DNA of 64,000 nt from NCBI GenBank assembly GCA_946535445.1, contig CAMNDN010000002.1, positions 5,831 through 69,830 of the forward strand, given 5' to 3'. The position numbers and the translations under genes were made by a program. Source of the DNA: an uncultured Lachnospiraceae bacterium. GTDB lineage: Bacteria; Bacillota; Clostridia; Lachnospirales; Lachnospiraceae. Of this stretch, positions 30,741 through 40,020 are shown piece by piece (the first letter of the stretch is position 1; every line of letters begins with the position of its first letter). The notes beneath the pieces are model-generated. The model did not search any database and was not told the DNA's origin. It saw only the letters and a program-made list of their open reading frames with translations.

Positions 30741-31781
30741 TTATCTGTCAGTGCTGAATGCATATACCGTTTTCTGTGTGAATACATCACCGACCCGAAG
30801 CAGTGAAGACTTGTACGCAGGGTCATTGATGGAATTGGGAACAAATTGTGCTTCGATCGCAAATCCGCCCTTGTCCGGGTAATATTTTCCGCCTTTGCCA
30901 TTCGGGTCTTCAAGGAAATTGCCTGTATAGAGCTGGACCCCGTCAGCATCTGTACTGATCGTAAGCCTGATACCGGATTTATCTCCCTGTGCCCAGGCTG
31001 CTTCACGGAAACCTTCCCCGTTAATATCAAAGTGATGATCGTAACCTGTTCCTCTGACGAGCTGCTCCGTACCGGCCTTTATGTCTCTGCCAATCGGCTT
31101 TGCGGATGTGAAATCCATCTCAGTACCGGCAACTTCCGCGAAAGTTCCGTCAGGAACATTATGCTCGTCGAGCGGTGTAAATCTGTCTGCATGAATGCAG
31201 AGCACATGATCGTAAATAAGTCCTTCTCCTGCCCCGTTGAGGTTCCAGTAGCTATGATTTGTAAGATTGGCAATCGTATCCCGGTCAGCGGATGCTCTGT
31301 ATGAAAGGGTAAGCTCATTTGCCTTATTAAAGGTAAAAGTCACTTCTACTTTCATATTTCCAGGATATCCCTGATCTCCGTCCGGACTTTCAAGAAGGAA
31401 CTGTACGGACTGATCCGTGATCTTGCCGACTTTCCAGAGGCGGAACTGATATCCGTTCGGTCCGCTGTGAAGATTATTATAGACATCATTAAGAGCAAGT
31501 GTATATTCTTTACCGTCTATAGAAATCTTCCCGCCGCGAATACGGTTGCAATTCCTTCCGACTATTGCTCCGAAACAGCTCGGATTCTTCGTATAGAACT
31601 CCACATCGTCATAGCCAAGTGTAACATCCGTGAGTTTTCCTTCCCTGTCCGGAACAATAACGCTCTGTATAACGCAGCCCAGATCAAGAATTGTTGCCGA
31701 AGCCCCGTTATTTCCTTCGATTGTATACGCTGTGACGACTCTTCCGTCAGCTGTTTTACCGAACTCTCTGCTTGTGACCAT
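30741..31781 (-). CDS. galM: Aldose 1-epimerase
   Basis: GAIVGR..NRI, LHSG, GYPG, NLTNHSYWN, YDHHF; start after GAGGAGG. Confidence 0.93.
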   Translation of the reverse strand: MVTSREFGKTADGRVVTAYTIEGNNGASATILDLGCVIQSVIVPDREGKLTDVTLGYDDVEFYTKNPSCFGAIVGRNCNRIRGGKISIDGKEYTLALNDVYNNLHSGPNGYQFRLWKVGKITDQSVQFLLESPDGDQGYPGNMKVEVTFTFNKANELTLSYRASADRDTIANLTNHSYWNLNGAGEGLIYDHVLCIHADRFTPLDEHNVPDGTFAEVAGTEMDFTSAKPIGRDIKAGTEQLVRGTGYDHHFDINGEGFREAAWAQGDKSGIRLTISTDADGVQLYTGNFLEDPNGKGGKYYPDKGGFAIEAQFVPNSINDPAYKSSLLRVGDVFTQKTVYAFSTDR

Positions 31782-31886
31782 CTTTATCCTCCTCAAATCT
31801 TTAATTAAAGTCCTGTTCGGGGCATTTTTGCCCGCAGGTTCAACATACTTCTAAAAGGTTTCATCCTGCGCTTTCATCTTCACGAT

Positions 31887-31908
31887 CTAAAGTCACGAGA
31901 ATTCTGCG
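31887..31908 (+). repeat. Copy 1 of the AAAGTCACGAG intergenic motif
   Basis: CTAAAGTCACGAGAATTCTGCG; related copies at 45465 and 50776. Confidence 0.5.
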
Positions 31909-31934
31909 TCAGAGATTAAAATAACACATAGAAC

Positions 31935-32027
31935 CGGGGCTGTCGCACCGAAATTGCAAACCTTTACAAAAAACCGGAAACGTCTGATTCATTGTAAAGC
32001 ATGCAATTAAATGATGCGGCAGCCCCG
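31935..32027. repeat. Long hairpin element with GGGCTGTCGCA...TGCGGCAGCCC ends
   Basis: 13-bp outer stem plus inner pairs AATTGCA/TGCAATT and CTTTACAA/TTGTAAAG. Confidence 0.7.
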
Positions 32028-32080
32028 TCTTTTTCACAGGCCTGCACTTAGACCGCCTGGTACCAGGTAAGCCTGCTCTT

Positions 32081-32266
32081 ATATTCCCGGAATGCCGTTC
32101 CTATGAAACTGACGCCTAGCCGATGCCAGGTGGGTAACCGCACTCGATTCGCTGTCTTCCACTGATCCGTAGATATGGCCTGACATTGAGACCGACGATA
32201 TAGGAATCCCTTTAATTCAAATGTAGGTTCAGGAAAAATAGGGGGATCGCACATTCCAGGAACAAT
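32081..32266 (-). ncRNA. ssrS: Probable 6S RNA
   Basis: About 185 nt; closing stem TTCCTGGAATG/CATTCCGGGAA, CCTAT/ATAGG, CTGAACCT/AGGCGTCAG, ACCCACCTG segment typical of Firmicute 6S; own consensus promoter. Confidence 0.8.
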
Positions 32267-32269
32267 ATT

Positions 32270-32298
32270 ATTATAACTTTTCGTAAGTTTCTTGTAAA
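32270..32298 (-). promoter_or_regulatory. SigA-type promoter of the 6S RNA
   Basis: TTTACA-17 bp-TATAAT immediately upstream of the 5' stem. Confidence 0.8.
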
Positions 32299-32308
32299 GC
32301 ATTAAGCG

Positions 32309-33817
32309 TTATGTAATACCGTTAAGATCGGTATACAGATCTCGCGCGTAGGAGTCCGTCATCCCGCTGACTGTATCCGTTGCGAGAAGTATTCTGTAAT
32401 ATACTTTTTCCAGGTCTGATCTGCCTGCGGTCGACCATTCATATACCTGTCTGTAGTTCTCCGATACAAGGGAGAGGAACTTCTCCTCCATAAGGCCCGG
32501 CGGCATGCTCCTGTCATATTGCAGGACAGCAGGGACCAGTTTGTTCAGAAGATACGTCAGAATGTTATTGGCAGCGATCTCTGTCTTATAAATAGACATG
32601 GATGTAAAGGCATAATCGTATGCGATTCCTTTCAGAGCATTCATCAGGACCGCTTCTTTTCCGTTCCCGATCAGCTCACTTGAAAAGGTCCCGCCCATGA
32701 TTGCCTTATAGTGATTGACGAATCCGCCTGTAGCTGCCACGAGAAGAATACTCTGGATCTCGGAGAGCCATCGCATGAGTGCTGATTCACCTGAACTGAC
32801 GGAAGAACCTGACATGGCAGCTTCGCTGCTGCGCATTTTTCCGCCATAGGTACCGTCCATACGGTTACGGCTGTTCATATAATCGCCGAGCGCACCCCAG
32901 TTTCCTGTGGCTGCAGGTTTTCCCTGAACATTTCCGGAATAATAGCTGTCCAGAAGCTCAATATATTCAGGGTCCACCTTCCTCTTCCAAAGTTCCGCGA
33001 CAAATGTCTGAAAGTCAAAGAATCCCTTCTTGTAGGCATCCTCTATGTCCGCCGTTGCGTACGCTATGTCATCGGCCGCTTCCAGAATAAATGTGAGCGG
33101 ATTTCTTCGGCCTTTCGTTCCGGTCTTTTCCTGGATCCGTTCGAAGAGATCCTGCTCCGCCTTGAAATAACCCATCTTCTTGTCTGTCACATCTCCGGCA
33201 GCCGGATTCATCTCTACAGAAGACCTGGGATACTTGATCATGGTCGAGAGAAGCGCATATGTAAGGTTAAGTCCGCAGCCGTTCTCCGCATAGTGCAGTT
33301 TTGACACCAGTCTCAGGCCCTGCGCATTACCTTCAAAATTAAGGAAATCTTCTCTTTCCTGCAGAGTCAGTATATCTGTAATTGTACGGCCTTCATAGCG
33401 CATTCTTGACAGATGCCCTGCAAACCACTCCCGGATCGCTTCTTCACCGAAATGGCCGAAAGGCGGATTGCCTATATCATGGATCAGTCCGGCGCACTCT
33501 ATGACCGCAGCGACGTTGCGCTCCGTTTCCAGGTTAAAGTTCGGGTCAAGACGTCTCTCAATAATCGATTCAGAGATATTCTGAGCGAGAGAACGCCCGA
33601 TGGATGATACTTCCAGGCTGTGGGTCAGACGGGTACGGATAAAATCACTTTTATCGAGCGGAAAGACCTGTGTTTTGTCCTGCAGTCTGCGGAAAGAGGC
33701 GCTTCCTATTATTTTATGATAGTCTTTTTCAAATTCACTTCTCAGATCATTTGTCAGATGTTCTTCGTCTTCTCCCGCACGGTAGGTACTTAGGATCTGT
33801 GACCAGCGCATCCGCAT
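32309..33817 (-). CDS. dgt: dNTP triphosphohydrolase (dGTPase, HD family)
   Basis: FRRLQDKTQV, RTRLTHSLEV, HDIGNPPFGH, FEGNAQ, EAADDIAY, SGMTD; start may be the ATG at 33811. Confidence 0.93.
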   Translation of the reverse strand: MRMRWSQILSTYRAGEDEEHLTNDLRSEFEKDYHKIIGSASFRRLQDKTQVFPLDKSDFIRTRLTHSLEVSSIGRSLAQNISESIIERRLDPNFNLETERNVAAVIECAGLIHDIGNPPFGHFGEEAIREWFAGHLSRMRYEGRTITDILTLQEREDFLNFEGNAQGLRLVSKLHYAENGCGLNLTYALLSTMIKYPRSSVEMNPAAGDVTDKKMGYFKAEQDLFERIQEKTGTKGRRNPLTFILEAADDIAYATADIEDAYKKGFFDFQTFVAELWKRKVDPEYIELLDSYYSGNVQGKPAATGNWGALGDYMNSRNRMDGTYGGKMRSSEAAMSGSSVSSGESALMRWLSEIQSILLVAATGGFVNHYKAIMGGTFSSELIGNGKEAVLMNALKGIAYDYAFTSMSIYKTEIAANNILTYLLNKLVPAVLQYDRSMPPGLMEEKFLSLVSENYRQVYEWSTAGRSDLEKVYYRILLATDTVSGMTDSYARDLYTDLNGIT

Positions 33818-33866
33818 TCACCCTCTTTCGGTTTTTGTCAGGAACGCCCGGCACTCCTGATGTGCA

Positions 33867-34835
33867 TCATCTTTCAGCTCCCATCATTTTAAGGATAGCG
33901 TCCCGGTAGATTTTCTTGGCCGTCAGGTAATTCTGCGAACTCTGTCCGGCGAAATTTTCCATCATGACTCCGGAATTAATTTCAAGTACTTTAAATCCCT
34001 CGTTCGTACCGACGATATCGATCGAAGCAAATCTCACACCGATTTCTTTATACACTCTGCTGACAATGTCAGATAGTTCTTTCCGGACGGGACCGTCTGA
34101 AAGGAGATCGGCATGGGCTCCCAGACCCAGATTATGTTTCCAGTTCAGGATGACTTTCTCTCCTTTTGCGGGAATCCTTGAAAAATCTGCCACGCCAAAT
34201 TCAGAGGGAAGCTGACCATGATCAGCATAAAGCATGCAGAGACCGGCTATGGAATGAACACCATCCCCTGTGATCTGCGGCCTCTTTTTTCTGTAGATCA
34301 GCCGAATTTTCCCGTCAAGAATAATTGCCCGGTATTCGTCCTCGATCTCATAAAATTTTGAGACGGCCATATAGTCCGATTTTAGAAAGATCCGATGAAC
34401 GGCTTCTTCCAGTTCGTACTTTGTCGAACAGCGGCAGACATTCTCTCCGCCCGTTCCCTGATTTGGCTTGCATACAACAGTGCCATATTGATCGAGCAGT
34501 TCCAGGAGCCTTTTCCAGTTTCCCGGAAATCCCATGAATTTCTGATTCTCAGGGGAAGCGAACAGCTCATGCTCAATATTCGGTATTCCGCACTCTGACA
34601 TGATTTCACTGGCTGCACATTTGTCACAACAGAGCATATTGACAGACGCACTGTTCAGACCGAACTGATAGCCCAGTATGATGTCATGCACACCATCCTT
34701 TTCAAGCCGGAAGATCCAGTCGGCACTGTAGGACTTCAAGACAATATTCTCTTCCGCACAGATTTCCCGGATGATTTTTACAAAATTGGTCTCTGAATTT
34801 TTCATGATAACTATATCCGTAAAATGGGACCGCAT
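33867..34835 (-). CDS. Stand-alone ATP-grasp ligase (RimK/CphA/GshF-like)
   Basis: CDK, VCKPNQGTGG, EYR, ITGDGVHSI, HNLGLG, SIDIV, LEINS; start may be 34805. Confidence 0.8.
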   Translation of the reverse strand: MRSHFTDIVIMKNSETNFVKIIREICAEENIVLKSYSADWIFRLEKDGVHDIILGYQFGLNSASVNMLCCDKCAASEIMSECGIPNIEHELFASPENQKFMGFPGNWKRLLELLDQYGTVVCKPNQGTGGENVCRCSTKYELEEAVHRIFLKSDYMAVSKFYEIEDEYRAIILDGKIRLIYRKKRPQITGDGVHSIAGLCMLYADHGQLPSEFGVADFSRIPAKGEKVILNWKHNLGLGAHADLLSDGPVRKELSDIVSRVYKEIGVRFASIDIVGTNEGFKVLEINSGVMMENFAGQSSQNYLTAKKIYRDAILKMMGAER

Positions 34836-34843
34836 CCTCTCTG

Positions 34844-36331
34844 TCAGATGAGGAATTTTCTGACCGCATCCGGCATGTCGACGGGATCAACAACTGTTTT
34901 ATGTCTGATCGGAGCCGTACGAATGTCTGTGATAGCAGCCGGTTCTTTCGTTCCCGCCAGTTCTGTGAGAATATCGATCAGCTCGAAGTCTGTTCTGCCC
35001 TCCGTTTTTTCGGGAGCGATCGCCCCAACTACGGAGACAGCGAACTTATAGGGACTGGCCGTGGAAGCAATTACGGTCGGAGTCGTGTCGCCGGTCTCAG
35101 CGACATATCTGCGATAAACAGCATTGCCGATACCCGTATGGGTGTCTATCACATAACCGGTCTTCTCATAGAGATCTCGAATACCTGCAAAGTTTTCCTC
35201 TTCAGAGGCGAATCCTCCGTAGAAATCAGAAAGCCGGTCTTTCATTTCGGGCGTGATATCGTACTGTCCCGTCTCTGAAAGATTCTTCATGAACGCAAGA
35301 TTTTTCTCGTAATCATCACCTGCGATCCTGTAGATCAGGCGCTCGAGATTGCTTGATATCAGGATATCCATGGACGGTGAGGATGTGAGAATAAAATCTC
35401 TCCTTCTGTTATATTCACCTGTCTGGAAGAAATCAAAGAGGACCTTGTTCTCATTCGAAGCACAGATCAGTTTCTCGACCGGCAGTCCCATCTGTTTGGC
35501 ATAATAAGCTGCAAGAATATTGCCGAAATTTCCGGTCGGAACGGTTATGTTGATCTTGTCGCCTGCTTTGATCTCACCCAAAGTAAGGAGCTGGCAGTAA
35601 GAATATACATAATAAACAATCTGTGGGACCAGGCGTCCGATATTAATGGAGTTCGCGGAGCTGAACTGATATCCTTTTGCACCTAGCTCAGCAGCCATCG
35701 CCTTATCATTGAACATCTTCTTGACAGCAGTCTGCGCGTCATCAAAGTTCCCGTTTATGGCAACTACATGTGTATTATCACCTCGCTGTGTAGCCATCTG
35801 CAGGTACTGAATATTGGAAACACCGCCGTGGGGATAAAAAACAATGATCTTCGTGCCGGGCACATCGGCAAAACCTGCCATGGCAGCTTTTCCCGTATCA
35901 CCGGAAGTCGCTGTCAGAATAACGATATCATTGGTGACGCCGTTCTTGCGCGCGGATGTGACCATAAGGTGGGGAAGGATCGACAGGGCCATATCCTTAA
36001 ATGCTATGGTCGCTCCATGGTACAGTTCAAGGTAATATGCTCCGTCTTTCTTGACGAGAGGGGCGATCTTATCTGTATCGAACTTACTGTCGTATGCATT
36101 GGCGATGCAGGTCCTCAGCTCCTCATCCGTAAAATCCGTAAAGAACTTGCTCATGATCTCGTAAGCCAGTTCCCTGTAATTCATAGCCGCAAGCTCATCA
36201 AGCGGTCTGTCAAGCTGAGGGATTTCTGTCGGCACATAGAGACCTCCGTCCGGTGAAAGTCCTGTGAGGATTGCCTGGGAAGCGGTAACGGCCGGCGCAT
36301 CGGAACGGGTCGACTTATAAAGAATAGACAT
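34844..36331 (-). CDS. thrC: Threonine synthase
   Basis: YKSTR, HGATIAFKDMAL, ATSGDTG, NSINIGR, PTGNFGN, STASPYKF. Confidence 0.97.
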   Translation of the reverse strand: MSILYKSTRSDAPAVTASQAILTGLSPDGGLYVPTEIPQLDRPLDELAAMNYRELAYEIMSKFFTDFTDEELRTCIANAYDSKFDTDKIAPLVKKDGAYYLELYHGATIAFKDMALSILPHLMVTSARKNGVTNDIVILTATSGDTGKAAMAGFADVPGTKIIVFYPHGGVSNIQYLQMATQRGDNTHVVAINGNFDDAQTAVKKMFNDKAMAAELGAKGYQFSSANSINIGRLVPQIVYYVYSYCQLLTLGEIKAGDKINITVPTGNFGNILAAYYAKQMGLPVEKLICASNENKVLFDFFQTGEYNRRRDFILTSSPSMDILISSNLERLIYRIAGDDYEKNLAFMKNLSETGQYDITPEMKDRLSDFYGGFASEEENFAGIRDLYEKTGYVIDTHTGIGNAVYRRYVAETGDTTPTVIASTASPYKFAVSVVGAIAPEKTEGRTDFELIDILTELAGTKEPAAITDIRTAPIRHKTVVDPVDMPDAVRKFLI

Positions 36332-36397
36332 AACTGATCTCCTTTACACAATTTTGTTTCTGCCACAGACCTGCAAAACGCCTGTTCGGCATTTACG

Positions 36398-36426
36398 ATT
36401 ATATCATTTCACTTAAAGAATGACAA
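36398..36426 (-). promoter_or_regulatory. SigA-type promoter of the thrC operon
   Basis: TTGTCA-17 bp-TATAAT with extended -10 TG. Confidence 0.7.
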
Positions 36427-36500
36427 TGAATAATCAGGAATGACAGCGAATATCGTACAAGTACCGGCAGGAATTTTCCGATGTTCTTAAAAAGTGACTC

Positions 36501-36529
36501 TTGACATATTTGTATTTATGAACGATAAT
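36501..36529 (+). promoter_or_regulatory. Promoter of tRNA-Pro
   Basis: TTGACA-17 bp-GATAAT. Confidence 0.7.
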
Positions 36530-36539
36530 AAACGAGTTA

Positions 36540-36613
36540 CGGGGTATGGCGTAGCTTGGTAGCGCGCACGGCTGGGGGCCGTGAGGTCGCGAGTTCGAAT
36601 CTCGCTGCCCCGA
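36540..36613 (+). tRNA. tRNA-Pro(GGG), CCA not encoded
   Basis: Acceptor CGGGGTA/TGCCCCG, anticodon arm CACGG-CTGGGGG-CCGTG, T arm GCGAG-TTCGAAT-CTCGC. Confidence 0.97.
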
Positions 36614-36743
36614 TTTTACCACATGATATAGTGATGCAGACAACTTCTGCTTACTACATCCTGTGGTTTTTCTTTTTTCAATGCTGCTTGTCCACTGACA
36701 CCGGTGGACAGGCTCAGAAAGGACGGACCAAGGTATTAATTTT

Positions 36744-37820
36744 ATGGATAAAAGTAATCTTGCAGAAATACGCAAAGCCCTTCGAAGGAATGAACCTCCT
36801 GTAGATTGGATCTATGCTTTTTATGTAACTCCGGATAATGAACTGTCCTGGCAGTCGTTCCGCAAATTCCTCTCCTTTGATGAAGATGAGATGTTCCGCC
36901 ACAAAGATATCTTGAAAAAGGCGGTATCAGGAAGCTTCGGCAGAGAACTTTTCCCGGTAGAACTCGGATCGCAGGCCGAAAAACTTTTCGCTCTGCGTAC
37001 CGCCGATGAGCCTGATGAGGAAATTCTGGAAGATTTTGCCGGTGAGATCATTGCCTCCTATGCGCACACCGATCCCTATTATGCATGTCTTGCAAGGATC
37101 ACCTATGACGTACCGGCATTATCTACTGACCGAAGAAAACTCGAGGACGGCGATGTTGTTTTCCAGTCCCTGCTCTTTACGATCTGCCCCGCTTCTCTTT
37201 CAAAGCCTGCATTAGGCTACAGCGATGTCTCCGGCGTTTCGGAACTTGACAGGCGATGGACGATCGGTGTTCCGTCGGAAGGTTTCCTCTATCCTTCCTT
37301 CAATGACAGGATCGGCGATATGAACGAGGTTCTCTACAGAGCCAAAAAAGAGATCAGCAGTGAACTCTTCGGCACATTTTTTGATTCATCTGTCCCTGCA
37401 AATGCGAAAGCACAGAAAGACGCTTTTAATACGCTCATGGATTCTCTGAATATCAGCGTTGCGGAAGCCGCAGGCATACAGGAAGATCTTTCGCACCTGG
37501 AAGCGGAAAATGTAACGGTACTTGAAAAAACGGATGCGAAGAAACTGGCAGAGCGCTGCGGCATTGATACGGAAAATTTTGACGAATCCTATGACGATAT
37601 TATAGGGGATGTTCCCCTCTCCGTATCTGCCCTTCGAGATCCGGCCGTTGTTGTAGCGACTGACTCAGCTACAATTAAAGTTCCTGCGGACAAATCACAG
37701 TTCATCTCGACCAGGGTAATCGACGGTGTTACCTACATACTGATTCCGGTGGACGGCGCTGTGCTCGTGAACGGTATCCCGACCGTTGTCGAGGCACTCA
37801 TGGATGTGAGGAACGATTAA
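36744..37820 (+). CDS. DUF4317-like acidic protein
   Basis: M.K....EIRK, FLS...DE, YDVP, ICP..LSKP.LGY, GFLYP.FNDR, tail IDG..YILIP....V.VNG; family recalled from memory. Confidence 0.7.
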   Translation: MDKSNLAEIRKALRRNEPPVDWIYAFYVTPDNELSWQSFRKFLSFDEDEMFRHKDILKKAVSGSFGRELFPVELGSQAEKLFALRTADEPDEEILEDFAGEIIASYAHTDPYYACLARITYDVPALSTDRRKLEDGDVVFQSLLFTICPASLSKPALGYSDVSGVSELDRRWTIGVPSEGFLYPSFNDRIGDMNEVLYRAKKEISSELFGTFFDSSVPANAKAQKDAFNTLMDSLNISVAEAAGIQEDLSHLEAENVTVLEKTDAKKLAERCGIDTENFDESYDDIIGDVPLSVSALRDPAVVVATDSATIKVPADKSQFISTRVIDGVTYILIPVDGAVLVNGIPTVVEALMDVRND

Positions 37821-37849
37821 AAGACCTGCTTATTTTATTTATGCATAAA

Positions 37850-37893
37850 AAAAGACTGTACGACAGCCGTTCATTGCTTTCGTACAGTCTTTT
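37850..37893. terminator. Bidirectional terminator
   Basis: AAAAGACTGTACGA-16 nt-TCGTACAGTCTTTT between convergent genes. Confidence 0.75.
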
Positions 37894-37897
37894 CTCT

Positions 37898-38554
37898 TTA
37901 ATTCAGGTTATTGAAAAAATCTTCGAATTCGTCAAAGGGATTCTCATCTCCCTCTTCCGCATAAGGGTAAGGAGCAAAACCGGGGTCATCATCAGCGCTG
38001 AATGAATCATAATGATCCACGGCCGAGAACATCATAAGAACGAGTGCCACCAAAAGGATAGCCAGGATCCCCCCCACGATAGAAGTGATCATTCCTGCGA
38101 TCGACATCCCCCTGGACTGCTTTTTTGACAGGGCGATCACAGCCAGAATAATACCTACGATCGAGGCAGGCATTGCTATCGGAGCGAACCAGCAAAGCAG
38201 GATGGATATGATTCCGAGAACAAGTGCTGCGATCGCAAGACCGCCTGTCTGATTGTTCGTGTTCCTGTAATAATTCTGCCCGTAACCGTTCTGCCCGTTA
38301 TTTCCCTGAGCATAGCTGCCCTGTCCGTAACCGTTCTGTCCGTAGCTGTTCTGACCGTTATTTCCCTGCGTGTAGCTGTTCTGACCAAATTCATTGGGAA
38401 CATAGTCATTCTGAGGGTAATTGTTCTGTGACAGACCCGGCTGATCAGGATAGCTTCTCTGTTCATAAGTCTGTCCGTTATAAAAAGCCTCCCGTCTTTC
38501 GCTTGCGGCATAACGCTCGTCATCCGGTTGCTTATCTTCTCTGTAATAATCCAT
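37898..38554 (-). CDS. DUF4190-like membrane protein with Q/N/G/Y-rich N-terminus
   Basis: LAIAALVLGIIS..GIILAVIAL..GMSIAGMITS; pentapeptide repeats. Confidence 0.75.
   Translation of the reverse strand: MDYYREDKQPDDERYAASERREAFYNGQTYEQRSYPDQPGLSQNNYPQNDYVPNEFGQNSYTQGNNGQNSYGQNGYGQGSYAQGNNGQNGYGQNYYRNTNNQTGGLAIAALVLGIISILLCWFAPIAMPASIVGIILAVIALSKKQSRGMSIAGMITSIVGGILAILLVALVLMMFSAVDHYDSFSADDDPGFAPYPYAEEGDENPFDEFEDFFNNLN
38271..38386 (-). repeat. Intragenic 15-nt periodic repeats (GQNSY/GQNGY/TQGNN)
   Basis: Recurring GTTCTGxCCGTA and TTATTTCCCTG units. Confidence 0.85.
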
Positions 38555-38579
38555 AGTAACTCCTGTCAACAGTGACTTT

Positions 38580-39080
38580 TTACAGGTATCTCACATCCTG
38601 TGTTCCTCTGGACAACCCGGTGATTCCGGTCCTTGCCAGCTCCGCTATCTTGTAGTCCCCGAGCATTTCAAGCATAGCCTCCAGTTTGGGACGAGATCCG
38701 GTCAGTTCAATGATCAGGGAATCTTTCTGTACATCGATAACATTGGCTCGAAAGACATTTGCAATAGAGATAATATCGATCCTGCTGCGGGCATCCGCCA
38801 TAACTTTCACCAGAATGAGCTCTCTGCATACAGAGTTATCGGGGTAAAGGACCTTGATATCCCTGACATCTTCCTGCTTCTGAAGCTGAGCCATGATCTG
38901 CATAAGGATCTGTTCATCTCCCCGGCTGACAATCGTCATGCGGGATATGCGGGGATTCGTAGTCTCTCCTACTGTCAGGCTCTCGATGTTATAGGCTCTC
39001 CGGGAAAACAGACCGGAAATTCTTGAAAGAACACCGGATACATTATCGACCAGCAGGGATAAAATAATCTGATTCTCCAT
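38580..39080 (-). CDS. ilvN: Acetolactate synthase small regulatory subunit
   Basis: LSLLVDN..GVLSRISGLFSRRAYNIESLTVG, RELILVKV, ELARTG. Confidence 0.93.
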   Translation of the reverse strand: MENQIILSLLVDNVSGVLSRISGLFSRRAYNIESLTVGETTNPRISRMTIVSRGDEQILMQIMAQLQKQEDVRDIKVLYPDNSVCRELILVKVMADARSRIDIISIANVFRANVIDVQKDSLIIELTGSRPKLEAMLEMLGDYKIAELARTGITGLSRGTQDVRYL

Positions 39081-39285
39081 GTCTCTCCTTCCGTCTTGCA
39101 AATATGCCGCTTGAACACATTACAGCATATTTTACAACTTCCTGTGCTTTTGTCAATATAGTCGTTTCCTGGCATCAATCTGCAAAACTGATTTATTCAC
39201 CGTTCCAAATATGGTATACTTCAAAACATCATTGTGCGATTTCGCCGGACGGCTCATATACTTTTTTCAGATAGAAAGGATAATA

Positions 39286-40020
39286 ATGTTCAGATATAAC
39301 TTACCGGAAAAATACCAGGTCCTGGACGGCAGCGTCTTAAAACTGATCGCCTGTATCACCATGCTGATCGATCATGCGGCTGTATGTCTGATCTATCATA
39401 TGATACTTCTCCCCAATGCGCCGATCCACACCGGAACGGATCTGTACAGGCTCTATATATTCTATAAAGTACTTCGGGCTGTCGGAAGGTGTGCCTTTCC
39501 GATTTTTTCCTTCCTCCTTGTAGAGGGATTCTTCTATACCCGAAGCAGGGGAAAATATGCGTGCCGTCTTGCCGTTTTCGGCATTCTTTCAGAAGTACCC
39601 TTCGACCTGTGCATTAAAACCAAGCCATGGGATCCGAGTTATAATAATGTCTATTTCACCCTTTTTCTTGGAATTTGTCTGCTCTGGGCATGGGAATCCT
39701 TCCGGGACAGATGGTATCTGCAGCTCCCGGTCTGCGGTCTGCTCGTTTTTCTGGCGGAATATTTTCATACAGACTACGGATGGAAAGGACTTCTGCTTAT
39801 TTTTATCCTGTATCTGATGCGGGCATGGAGAGTTCCTCAGGTAGTCTTCGGACTGGTCTCCATGTACTGGGAACTGCCGGGAGTCATACTCGGCTTTATT
39901 CCGATCCTGTTCTACAGCGGAAAGCGCGGCCGGCAGTTCAAGTACTTATATTACGCCTTTTATCCCGCGCATTTACTTCTTCTCTACCTGCTCTCCGTTT
40001 ACCTTGTAAATCGTATTTGA
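39286..40020 (+). CDS. TraX-family membrane acyltransferase
   Basis: LKLIACITMLIDH, GRCAFPIF...LVEGF..T, SEVPF, TDYG, YSGKRG, YAFYPAH. Confidence 0.85.
   Translation: MFRYNLPEKYQVLDGSVLKLIACITMLIDHAAVCLIYHMILLPNAPIHTGTDLYRLYIFYKVLRAVGRCAFPIFSFLLVEGFFYTRSRGKYACRLAVFGILSEVPFDLCIKTKPWDPSYNNVYFTLFLGICLLWAWESFRDRWYLQLPVCGLLVFLAEYFHTDYGWKGLLLIFILYLMRAWRVPQVVFGLVSMYWELPGVILGFIPILFYSGKRGRQFKYLYYAFYPAHLLLLYLLSVYLVNRI

Noticed and set aside
32048-32302. 84-aa ORF
   Set aside because: Overlaps the probable 6S RNA and its promoter; no SD or recognisable protein features
32309-33817. dGTPase as part of an anti-phage defence island
   Set aside because: Housekeeping context (thrC, 6S RNA, galM) with no other defence or mobility genes
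4018-33848. Shared 12-mer GTCAGGAACGCC at 4018-4029 (minus) and 33837-33848 (plus)
   Set aside because: 12-bp matches are expected by chance in 64 kb and the flanks do not extend
36540-37820. tRNA-Pro as an integration site for an island
   Set aside because: No integrase, no duplicated tRNA 3' end seen, and flanking genes look chromosomal
38271-38386. Periodic repeats as a CRISPR array
   Set aside because: In-frame 15-nt coding repeats without unique spacers; no cas genes
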